Origin: Macrostomum lignano | Taxonomy: Eukaryota | NCBI GenBank assembly: GCA_002269645.1 | Contig: NIVC01001020.1 | Span: 248,001-312,000 of the forward strand | DNA: 64,000 nucleotides | Reading direction: 5' to 3' | Part shown: piece by piece, positions 1 to 12,272 of the stretch | Numbering within the stretch: the stretch's first letter is position 1 | Layout of the letters: every line of letters begins with the position of its first letter | Program-made: the position numbers and the translations under genes | Notes under the pieces: generated by a model | Seen by the model: the letters and a program-made list of their open reading frames with translations, nothing else | What the model was told of the DNA's origin: nothing | The model's database searches: none

Positions 1-18
1 GAAATAGAATGTGCTCAC

Positions 19-636
19 CTTGAGATAGGCAGACTTGAGTATATTTTCGCCACGGCGCTCCCGCTCGATCTCCGACATGAGAGCAGGAATCACCTGGGCC
101 TGGTGCGGCTTGAGCCAGTGCTCCTTCCAGGTGTTCAGAGCCAGTTGATAAACAAAGTAGATATTTTTGCGGCCCTCGTCGCACTCCCGTTTAACCCAGT
201 TCCTGTTCAGGTAGTTGAAAATTCCGTCAACTGTGACGCTGCACTTTCTGAAGCGGCTCCAGTGGGTGTAGAAATACTCCAGCAGGTCGTTGCCGACTTT
301 GCCATCGGCGCCGCGTTTCAGATCGACAACCCGAGCTTTGAGATCGTCTTTGAGCTTGGTGTAGAGCTCGTCGCCAACGAATCTGGCGCCGCCGCCCGTG
401 TCCTTGGCGCCTCTGGCCTCGCCTTTGCCTTTCTTAGCCAACGGCTGGGTGACGCAGTTCCTAGCCGGGTCCACCGAGGTGCAGTAGTTGTAGATGTCAG
501 TGTACATCTTCATGTATTGCGGCTTAGAGATGCCCTCCATGTTGTAGATTCTATCAATGCCCTGCTTCACCTGGGCCCACATCTCATTTAGGGATTGAAT
601 GGAGGTGGCACCGCCATAGGGTGGGTATCTGCTCAT
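19..636 (-). CDS. CUL1: Cullin-1 family protein, first coding exon (gene continues beyond window start)
   Basis: Hand translation from ATG at 636 (not in the ORF track): MSRYPPYGGATSIQSLNEMWAQVKQGIDRIYNMEGISKPQYMKMYTDIYNYCTSV...GGARFVGDELYTKLK...GIFNYLNRNWVKRECDEGRKNIYFVYQLALNTWK...IERERRGE. These match CUL1 N-terminal cullin-repeat motifs (YTHVYNYCT, GAQFVG, YLNRHWVRRECDEGRK). Donor AAG|GTGAGC at 19/18. Confidence 0.92.
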
Positions 637-2744
637 TGTGGCAGGAGCATTAGTGATATAATTTATTGCAATTAAATTACACTAGTTTATTCATTTTCAG
701 AGGCTATGACATAAAACATTAAATTCTATATTTTTTCTTCTTAAAATAAAAAAATGTACTTTAAAAAATCCAAGAGGCTTTTTTATTTGAAATACATTTC
801 TTTATATGCTTTTACTCATATAAATTTATATTCATTAAGTCTGACAAATTTGAAGCGATTTTTAGGGCAATTTGAAATTAATGATCTTTAATTTTCCTAA
901 AGATTCATATATATTAACAATAAGCCTAAATTTATCTATCTATATGAGCATGAAAACTTAAGCAATAAAACCTAGTAATAAATAAGGGCATAGCCATTAT
1001 TCTAGGTCATGCAGCTTATACTACGAGAAGTTATATAGTAGTATACTTCTACGAGAAGTATACTACTCATAGAAGTTATGCTATTATATAGGCTAATTAT
1101 GATTTGTATGGCATGATAACATGGGATTAAAGATATTTGACAAAGACTTTAGTGAATTATTTGAAGTGATTTTTAGCAATCTTTCTATTTCATTAAATAA
1201 ATCTCATTTGCTTTTGAAACAAAAATTATTTTTTAATATTGGTCAAGAAATAAAACCTTATACCTATTTACTATGAAGCTGAAGACTATTTTGAGTAAAG
1301 GTTATTAGTCAAATATAAGAACAAGACTCTGATGCAAGTCTGAGAGCTTTGCTTAGTGTTATAGCTATATGAGCTATGCCTAGTAATACTAGTCTATTAC
1401 TAGTATAATAAAGTAGCAAGTCAATTTGCCAAAAGTTGATTTGTTGAAAGTAGGTTGTTTTACTAAAAGTTGTTGTTTTGTCAAACAAAAAAATAACAAA
1501 CAAATATCAATGAGAAAATATATTTTAATGATGAACAATGTTTATTTTATCTCGTATATGTTTGTTTTGTTTAAAATTGCTATTTAACAATCCAAACACC
1601 CTGCCTGCAGCTAGTGAATCAATAGTAATTAGTCATAAGTCCAATGCAATGGGGCAAGGAAGGTGAAGAATAGGATAAAGGCAAAGATGGCTACTATAAT
1701 AGGCAAAATTGGGAAAGAAGTCTCTCAATACATATTGGCTTAACTATCATATAGCCTATAAGTAGTAGATTGTTGTACAAAATTATTTTTTCCATTTTTT
1801 ATACAATTAAAAAAATTGCACTAGCAAAAGGGTATTCCAAAATTGATAGAGGCCTAATGGATTAAAATAATTCTCAGCAATGACAACCAAAAATTGAACT
1901 TAAGACCTTTAGACCATTAGCCTAAGTATTATAAATTAATTGAATTGGTGGATATCAGTTTGCTAATCAGGTTTTCTGCAAGTAGACTTTTGGCAAAAAG
2001 ATATTTGGTAAATTGACTTTTAGCAAAAAAATTCCATGAATCATTTAGTATTTATATAATAAAATAGTAATCATATTATTATAGTAGTGGTTCTAAATTT
2101 GTTATGTAATTAGGCATATTTTAATTCTAAAAATTATTAGTATTTTATTGGTAATAATTTTAATCCCTAATAAAAACTTTTTAATAAGATTGTTTGTTTA
2201 AATATGCTAGTTGTTTTCATTAAAGCAAATTTTTATTTTAACTAATAAAGCTATTTTTGTTTTAAAACAAAGTTTTTTTAGTCACAATTTTGTTAGCCAA
2301 TGGGACATTTTTGATAATATAAATAGAAGTGAAATTGATGCAAAACAAATTTCAACCTTGGAAATTAGCTTGAATAGTTAACTTTTTTTCAGTTCAAAAT
2401 AAAACACAAGTCAATCTTTCTTTCTTAGTTATTTGAAGTGAGAAATGTGAGTCAATGATTGTCAAATAAAGCAAGATTGTGTAGTAGAAAAGCTTTATTA
2501 GACAGACTAAGGGCATTTTGCAAATTAAGCAAATGATTATTGAATAGAATGTCTTAGAAAGTAAGAAAGGCAGAGTGCCTAGTAAAAAGAGGGGATTCCC
2601 CAGAAGTAAACATAAACTGTTGCAGTTGAAATAGCATGATGCAATGTTAAGTTAAGATAGATAGTGCTGAAAAGCTGGAAAGCCAAAGACCCCTTAGTCA
2701 TTGGTAATGCCATGTTGGGCAATTTAAAATTAGTGATTAGTAAT

Positions 2745-3050
2745 CAATGATAATGGCTAAAGTTCTAGCACCGGAACCTGTTTTCTAATGGCTATGGATC
2801 TGGCAGTCTTCTATAGGCAGTTATCTACTAATGAAGTCTGAGCATTAAAAATATCTTTGTTTTGAATCTATCATTTCATTTTGATCTTATCTTGAACTAA
2901 ATCTCAATATCAACCACCTATTAAAAAGTAAAATGTTTCTGCTATATACTATATATATATAAATTGCACTATTGGAATACCATTGCCAGATCCATAGGCC
3001 TAGCCATTAGAAAATGGGTTTTAGTGCTAGAGCTCTAGCCATTGCCATAG
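2745..3050. mobile_element. Decayed MITE-like inverted repeat (about 65-70 bp arms)
   Basis: 2745-2807 aligns to the reverse complement of 2981-3050 with about 10 transitions, 1 transversion and one 6-nt indel. Confidence 0.6.
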
Positions 3051-4850
3051 TGTTTTATTGCTCAAGCACTAGAGTCTAGACTAGAGCTATCAGGGTAAAT
3101 TGTTCTTACAATAGCCCATATATATATAGTAAAAGATTCATAGTATATTGAATTAACAGAGATAAAATAAGGTCAAATAAATAATTTTGTAATATCAACT
3201 TAGTGGCTTTAGTAGGATAGAATAGGCCTAGCCTAACTAAGAGTAAATATACATGTAATAACTTGGTAGCTAACTGATAGAATTTTGATAAGATAAAAGA
3301 AAATCCCTTATACAACTTAATGCCAATGGCATCTGTAGGATTTTCATAGAAAGGGTTAGGCCTAATACTAGGCCTAATAGCATTATTATAGAATATAGGT
3401 CTAGTTAGGTGACTTTAATAAGCCCTAGAAAAGAAAATCATAGGCTTAGAGCCTCAGGCTAAATTAAAAATAGCCCTAAATGAAAAGAAAATAATCTAAC
3501 TTCAAGTCTTTATTTTATTTGTTAGGGATTCAAGATAGGCCCTATTATATGTATACAGTATATAGGCCTAGTATTATTTATTATAGGCCTAGGCCAATGC
3601 TCAGAAATAAATGACAATACTAATAGTAATAGATAGCAATAAAGGTTTATGCAAAAATACTAGGCCTAGCTAGAGTTTCCCTATTTTTATTCATGAAGAT
3701 TTGGGTTTTATTTAGGTCAAGTTTATAACTTAGATCTCAAAAGGCTCATTGCATTGCATTAGCCTATGTGAAATTGGATTAGGCCCTAGGGTCTAAGGCC
3801 TAAAATGGCGCATGACCAAGACCGCCACACACCAAGACCGCCACAGCTCTTACTGGCTACTGGAATTGAGGGGGAGCTACCAATCTTCCAGCATTGCTAT
3901 TGGTTGTGATGGGTTGTGGAGTTAGATGAGGAAGAAGCGTCCCAAGATTGGTCAGGAATAAGATGAATAATTAAGTGGCCCAAAACGATTGCAAGTCAAC
4001 AAGGGCAATTTTAAAAATATCTTTAACAAAAGCACAATTTGTTACTTTTAGCAGTGGATGAGCATGCTAAATTGAGCGCAACCGTTTAAATTAGCGGTCG
4101 TTTCGTCTGCCACCAGTTCGTCTGCCACCCTTTCGTCTGCAAGAATACGATACAGTTGTTTTGTCTGCAAGAATACGATACAGTCGTTTCGTCTGCCAAC
4201 GAATAGTAAAGTTTTAATAAGTTTAAATATGTCAGTTTGTTGTTATTAATTTGAGATTTGAGATATTCAAATTATTTTCAAATTATTGAAAATATAATTA
4301 TAAATTATTATAAATTATATAAATTCAAATTATTTGAGATATACACCATTATAACTAGGCCTATGAGATCCTTTTTGCATTTGAAATAGGTTTATTTAAA
4401 CAAATTTTCCTTAGGTAGCAAGTCCCATAAGCTAGGGCCTATATACAAGGTGGAAAAATTGAAAAACAGCATAAAAAGGTATCAACTTTAAAAGTGAATA
4501 AAAAAACAGTAAATAATATAAAAAAGCCACAATATTAACTAAAAAGTTTATAAGTTGATGAATGCTGCTTTCTGATAAGTGTCTAAGTGTTTAAATTGTG
4601 CAAGTATATAAAAAAGTTTTACTTGATCAAACTCTACATTTGTATTAAATTTTTAAAATGAAGCCAAAAAATAGGAAAAACATATGCTTCTAGAAAATTG
4701 AAAACTATTACAAAATTAAAGGAATATAACAAAAGGTAGTAAATACAATGGAATATAAATATATTTCTAGTAGAGTAGCTTGCTTAATAAATAAGAATAA
4801 AATGAATGAGAGAATAAACATTACCTTGTTTTATTTACTTTAATTTAATT

Positions 4851-4888
4851 ACCAATGCATTTTGACACTTGTAGGTCATCATCAGGGC
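4851..4888 (-). pseudogene. CpG-decayed hammerhead ribozyme relic
   Basis: Minus strand reads GCC CTGATGA T GAC-CTACAAGT-GTC AAAA T GC ATT GGT. Reverting four transitions, all at CpG positions, restores GTC GAAA C GC GTC GG. Confidence 0.6.
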
Positions 4889-6387
4889 AGTAATGAAATT
4901 TAAAATTTTAATAAACAGTTGAATAAATATATTTATAATAAGTTGAATATACAATATAAATTAATATGCATAGTTTTCAATTGAAACAAGTTCTAACACA
5001 CGGTGCAGTAGCATATACTTCAAACTAAAACATGCTGTGTTGGCAGCTAGCACCCCCCCCCCCAAGCTAGCTGGCAGTTTAGGCTTGGGTTCTGATCTTT
5101 GATGTACATAGCCTCTAAGATGTTCAAAGTGTGCTCATGGTGGCAGGAATTAATAATCTTAAATAAATCAAACAGTTTATTATTACAGCATGACTTGCAT
5201 GTGATAAAATGCTCTTGTATAGCAGATTTTTTGGTCTAGTGCTCCTTGATCCTAGTGTGCAAGTGTTGCTTAGTTTTTCCAATGTGCAAAATACCAGTGT
5301 TGGGTACCATTAATAAAAATCTTAACTTCCATTAATGGCAAAAGCATTAGCATTAAAACAAAAAATTTTTACTAATTTTTTACTACTAATTTTTTTAGAT
5401 CTTAGTTATAAGATCTCATAGTATTTAAAATCTATTTGAAAATCTATAATATGATATTTTTATTTTATACAGTCTAAGTCACTATTTTATCCTCTTATAA
5501 GTTATATACTAGGGCTTAGAACTTAAAGTGTATATAAGTATATCAATATCTTTTTGATTTTTTAGCAGAAATAAAAAAATGATTTTAATATGGATTTGGT
5601 TTTAAAAATAAATGCAACCTATAAAGTTGCTTTGACCATTTTGTTTCTTTGCTTTAGTTTTTTTTTCATTTTTGGTTATTAATTTTGATTTAGGCCTATC
5701 CTTGGTCTATCATAATTTATATTAGCCAGATTAGTTAAGTTTTATCTAGCAATAGTAGACATATAATTTAGATTTTAGTAGCTCTATAAAAGGATACTAA
5801 ACCTTGGCAAGAAAAACTGGTCCTTGTAGGAGAATCTTGGCATAAATATTTTCTAAGAAAACCTTGCTTTGAAAAAATTTGATAGGAAACTTGCCTATAA
5901 GAAAATCTTATGATTCCTAGTGCCTGACTATTTGCACTTATAAATAGCCTCTACAATACAGCCCGAGTTTTAAAAAAGTAAGTCACATATTTGTCAAAAC
6001 TAAGTTGCATAGCTAGTATAATTTCAGAGATTGCATATGCATTATTACCAAAGTAGACATGTGCTATGAATTAGCTACCATAGATTTAGATAAATAGATT
6101 TAAAAATGGAAGTCAAAATGTGATTGTTGAATCAACCAATGATAGGCCCCTAGGATTGTATAAATTTATAAAATATAGCCCAGCTAGGGGCTTGCATTCA
6201 ACTTTTGACTCATAATGATCTTTTGCAAAGCTTAAGCTTTGTTTTTACTTAAAGATTTTATAAGCAGCCAGTTTTTTAGTTTATTAATTAATAAGCCAAA
6301 TATCAATTTAAGCTGGTAAACTTTCATCAAAATGTAATGTAAAATATTTTCAGCTAGATCTCAGTATAATACCAAAGTTAAGCTGAG

Positions 6388-9300
6388 ATGAAGCAGACAA
6401 CCTTAGCCATGGCATGGGGTGGCCAAAAACCTGTTGCCATGCCAAGTGGTTTCAGCGCCATCAGTGGTGCCAGACAAGTGGCATCAGCGCCATCTACTTC
6501 AACAACTGCAGCAGTCTCTGCTGGCGCTGAGTCGACTTTTCCAACAGACATCAGTCAGCTGGATTTTCGAGCTAATGCAAAATTGCCATTGGCTTTGCGG
6601 GCTTCAAAGAATGATTCAAACACGTTGGAGGGTTTTGACGCTAGCGGAGAGGGAGCTGTGTGGGTCTACCCTGTGAATTTTCCGGTGAGACTTTTACAAT
6701 GATCTCGGAGGAATTCTATTGAATGCTAGGCTAGGCAATCCTGAATTTGAGCTGAAGTGTGAAGTCTATGGTAGTAATCGGCTGAAGTGTGATCTCAGCG
6801 TGATCGGCTGAAGCGGGATTAAAATGATTAATGATCAGTCGGATTAAGAGATTAGGCAGTTGAGATCAGTCGGATTAAGAGATTAGGCAGGTGAGATCAG
6901 TCGGATTAAGTCAGAGATTAGGCAGGTGAGATCAACCGGATTAAATCAGAGATTAGGCAGGTGAGATCAATCGGATTAAGAGATTAGGCAAGTGAGATCA
7001 ATCAGATTAAGAGATTAGGCAGGTGAGATCAATCGGATTAAGAGATTAGGCAGGTGAGATCAATCGGATTAAGAGATTAGGCAGGTGAGATCAATCAGAT
7101 TAAGAGATTAGGCAGGTGAGATCAATCGGATTAAGAGATTAGGCAGGTGAGATCAGTCGGATAAAGGGATTAGGTAGGTGAGATCAGTCGGATTAAGTCA
7201 GAGATTAGGCAGGTGAGATCAGTCGGATTAAGTCAGAGGTTAGGCAGGTGAGATCAATTGGATTAAGAGATTAGGCAGGTGAGATCAGTCGGATTAAGGG
7301 ATTAGGTAGGTGAGATCAGTCGGATTAAGAGAATATCTGATGTGGTGGCAACCGCAGGTGCGCGAATACCAGTACAACATAGTGGCCAGCGCCCTGGCCA
7401 AAAACACCCTGGTCTGCCTGCCGACCGGCCTCGGCAAGACCTTCATCGCGGCCGTGGTCATGATGAACTTCTACCGCTGGTACCCCGCCGGTCGGGTGGT
7501 GTTCATGGCGCCAACTAAGCCGCTGGTTGCTCAGCAGATCGACGCCTGCTATGGCATCGCCGGGGTGCCGGCGGCCGACACCATCGAGATGACCGGCTGC
7601 ATGCCGCCTGCGGCTAGGCGAGCTGCCTGGCAGGACAAGCGTCTGTTCTTCTGCACACCGCAGGTTGCTCTCATTGTTTTGCTTGTTTGTTTCTTTCTGT
7701 CTACTGTCAGTAGCTTTTTTAGACTTTGTATTTACATTTAAATAATAAACTACTCTTCATCTTCCTCTCCCCTTCCCCTCTCCTACCCCTCATCTTCCTT
7801 TCCCTCTCCCCTACCCTACAGTGACTCCCCATCTCCAGACCCAAGCCTACAGTGACTCCCCATCTCCAGACCCAACCCTACAGTGACTCCCCATCTCCAG
7901 ACCCAAGCCTACAGTGACTCCCCATCTCCAGACCCAAGCCTGCAGTGACTCCCCATCTCCAGACCCAAGCCTACAGTGACTCCCCATCTCCAGACCCAAC
8001 CCTGCAGTGACTCCCCATCTCCAGACCCAAGCCTACAGTGACTCCCCATCTCCAGACCCAAGCCTACAGTGACTCCCCATCTCCAGACCCAAGCCTGCAG
8101 TGACTCCCCATCTCCAGACCCAAGCCTGCAGTGACTCCCCATTTCCAGACCCAACCCTACAGTGACTCCCCATCTCAAGACCCAAGCCTACAGTGACTCC
8201 CCATCTCCAGACCCAAGCCTACAGTGACTCCCCATCTCCAGACCCAACCCTGCAGTGACTCCCCATCTCCAGACCCAACCCTGCAGTGACTCCCCATCTC
8301 CAGACCCAACCCTGCAGTGACTCCCCATCTCCAGACCCAAGCCTACAGTGACTCCCCATCTCCAGACCCAAGCCTACAGTGACTCCCCATCTCCAGACCC
8401 AAGCCTACAGTGACTCCCTTTCTCCAGACCCAAGCCTACAGTGACTCCCCATCTACCTACCTGTCAGGTGTTCGCCAACGACCTCACCAACCAGCTGTGC
8501 GACCCGGCCCAAGTCCGCTGCGTAGTGATAGACGAAGCGCACAAAGCCACAGGCAATCACGCCTACTGCGTGGCCATTCGCACTTTAGCATCGAGGCACA
8601 ACCAGTTCCGAGTGCTGGCTCTGTCGGCCACGCCCGGCTCGGATGTCCGGTCGGTGCAGGAGGTGATTAACAATCTGCTGATATCGCATATCGAGCTGCG
8701 CACCGAGCAGTGCAGGGATATTCAGCGGTATTCGCACGAGAGAAATGTGGAGAAGATTGTGGTGCCGCTCGGGCCCGAGGTGGAAGCTGCGGTGCGGCGA
8801 CTGGAGGCCATCATTGATGTCTATGTGTCCCGGCTCAAGCAGAACAAGGCAGGTTTGCGGCAGTTTGCTGTTGCGCACGAGCCTGGTTTGTATTGGGATC
8901 CTTGGGGAGTTAATTTGGGTTCAAAGTTCAAGGATATGGAATCAGGTTTTAAGGATTGAATTCTAGATTTATGGATGAACACAGGATCAATATTCTGGGG
9001 TTTAGGACCAACAGTCTAAGATTTTCGGATCAGTATTCTAGGATTTGGTATCAATGTTATGGGATTTGGGATCAATGTTATGGGATTTGGGATCAATGTT
9101 ATGGGATTTCGGATCAGTATTCTAGGATTTTGGATCAATGTTATGGGATTTAGGATCAATGTTATGGCATTTCGGATCAGTATTCTAGAATTTGGGATCA
9201 AGATTATGGGATTGGTGATCAAGATCCTGTGATTGGGGATCAAGATCCTGGGATTTAGGATCAGATTCAGGGATTTGGGATCAATTTTTTTGAGATTTAG

Positions 9301-11586
9301 AATCAAGATCCTGGGATTTGAGATAAAGTTCTGTGGGGATCAGGATTAAATTATTCAAAGACGTGAATAATTTAGCTCGTAGGTATTTAGGATTCAGCTG
9401 TTTGAAATCTTCAACTATCGATTGAATCCGCAGGCCGTGTACGCCAGTGTCCGCGTGGCCACCCTGTCCAAGTACGCGCTGATCATGCAGCGCCAGGAGT
9501 TCTTCCAGCGCTACGGCGGCAGCATACCGCCTGACCGGCAGTCCTTCATTCACCGCAACTTCGCCATGGCCATCTCGCTCTATCACGGCTACGAGATTGT
9601 GCAACAGCACGGGCTGAGGCCGCTGTACAATTTTCTCAAGGTTGGCAGTCTTTGTCCTGTCTTCCTGGCTGGTTATAGTCTTTATTATTGGGTATATAAC
9701 CATAACCAGGGTCTTTGCTCCTTAAGAGACTTATGCTAAGTATATATTTTGTAATTTTGACAATAGTGTTAGCTCGGATTTCTTTGTTCAGTCTTTGTTC
9801 AAGGGCTAAAATGTTAAACATTGGCAGCAGTAACTCCATATTGAGTCTTTGTTCAATGATTCCATAGAGTATTTTCTAAGACACCAAAAAGACTAATGAA
9901 TCTGTGTTCAGAAGCTCTTTAGGTATATCATCTTGTAGATACTGAATTGAGTCTTTGTTCAATAATTACAATGAGTATTATCATCGTAGATGCTGAAATA
10001 GAGTCTTTGTTTCGGTTCGAAACAACAAAGACCACAATCTCGCACTCCCCAGGGCGTGCTGGAGGGCGAGCGCGGCTCGAACTCCACCCGGCTAGAGCTG
10101 CAGCGGCAGCCGGCATTCGCAGAGCTGTGGGACAGCCTACTGGACAAGTTCAAGCCCGACCCCAACTCCACCCTGAGCAGTACTCAGGCCGCATTCGTTG
10201 GCGGTCACCCCAAGCTCAGCCGCCTGCTGGAGATTGTGCTGGAGCATTTCCAGTCAACCGAGGACCCAGCCGAGCGTCAGCGCACGCGGGTGATCATATT
10301 CTCGCAGTACCGCGACTCCGTGACCGAGATTGCCCGCATGCTCAAGCAGCACCGGCCGCTGGTGCGCTGCATGACCTTCTTTGGCCAGGCCAGCACGGGC
10401 AAGAATAGCAAAGGCTTGACGCAGAAGGACCAGCTGAGGGTGATGCAGGAGTTCCGGCAGGGCGCCTACAACACGCTGGTGTCCACCTGCGTTGGAGAGG
10501 AGGGTGAGTAACTGCAGAGCGACCCAGTCCCCAAGACCCAAACACTATAGAGTCACTTTCGCTTGTGTGCTCAAACTGACCAGTGGGTTGTCATGCTTTC
10601 AACTTTCAACCCGCAGGCCTGGACATCGGCCAGGTCGACCTCATCATCTGCTACGACGCCCAGAAGAGCCCCGTACGCCTCATTCAGCGCATGGGCCGAA
10701 CCGGGCGGGCGCGACAAGGCCGCATCGTGATGCTGCTGGCTGCCGGCAAGGAGGAGGCCAGCTACGGCGCCTCGCTTAGCAAGCGCGCTTCGGTGAACAA
10801 GGTCATCCTTGACGGCTTTCGCAAGCTGCAGTTCTACTCTGACACGCCCAGGATGATACCGACTGGCCTGCAGCCTACTGTCAGCCTGCGGCGTCTGGAT
10901 ATTCAACAGCGGCCCGCGGCTGGCGGAGCGGCTAGAAAGCGTCGAGCTGTTGGCAGCAGCGTCGCCGACGGCGGTGGCGGCTGCAGCTCCGCCAAGCTGC
11001 GACCCGACCAGGTGCTGGACTACGAGACCCGCCTGGCCTCCTCGGCGCCAACCTTTGCCCGCCTGCTGCCTCCCAGACTGCGCTGCCTGCCATCGACTCT
11101 GGCCGAGACCGAGGACGACCTTCGGCAACATCGACATCCGCAGCAGCAGATGCCGCTCGACCACTGCCGCCGCCCATCGCGATTCGCTTCCAACGGTCCC
11201 GCTGGCGGCGCCTCGGTGACCCGGCACCACTTGGTGGCCCTGGGCCGCCTGCTGGGCTGCCACCGCGCCGGAGCCACCAACCTGATGTTCCACGCTGTCG
11301 GACTGCGCGATCTTGAGGATGCCAACCTCACGGCGGTTGCCACTCAGACTGCGCGGCTCCTGCTGGCTGATGACGATCTCGACGAAGATTTCGCAGATGA
11401 TGACGACGTCCCCATCCCCATCGACGACGATCTGGACTGTCCCCGGATGTTCGACGACAGCGCTGAGGAGCAGCTGCTGATGCCGCCGCCTGCCGCGCAG
11501 CCACGGCTGCCGGCGGAGATGCCGCTGCTGTCAACTCAAACTCTGTTCCGAGGCGCAGCCGCTGCTGCAGGTTGTTGTTTACTCGT

Positions 11587-11625
<39 letters not shown>

Positions 11626-11686
11626 TTGATGATGTTGATGATGATGATGATGTTGATGATGATGTTGATGATGATGTTGATGATGT

Positions 11687-11751
<65 letters not shown>

Positions 11752-11833
11752 GTGTTGATGATGATGATGATGATGTTGATGATGATGATGATGATGTTGA
11801 TGATGATGGTGTTGATGATGATGATGATGATGT

Positions 11834-11880
<47 letters not shown>

Positions 11881-12240
11881 TTGATGATGGTGTTGATGAT
11901 GATGATGATGATGTTGATGATGATGATGATGTTGATGATGATGATGATGATGTTGATGATGATGATGATGTTGATGATGATGATGATGTTGATGATGATG
12001 ATGATGATGATGTTGATGATGTTGATGATAATGATGATGATGTTGATGATGATGATGATGATGATGATGATGTTGATGATGATGATGATGATGATGTTGA
12101 TGATAATGATGATGATGATGATGATAATGATATGATGATGATGATGATGTTGATGATGATGATGTTGATGATGATGATGTTGATGTTGATGATGTTGATG
12201 ATGATGTTGATGATGATGATGTTGATGATGATGATGATGT

Positions 12241-12272
<32 letters not shown>

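Noticed and set aside
103-591. 162-aa plus-strand ORF
   Set aside because: It is an antisense shadow of the CUL1 exon, which has clear homology on the minus strand.
1415-2040. Possible decayed transposon TIRs (TTGCCAAAAG-type repeats)
   Set aside because: The similarity is too degenerate in AT-rich DNA to support by eye.
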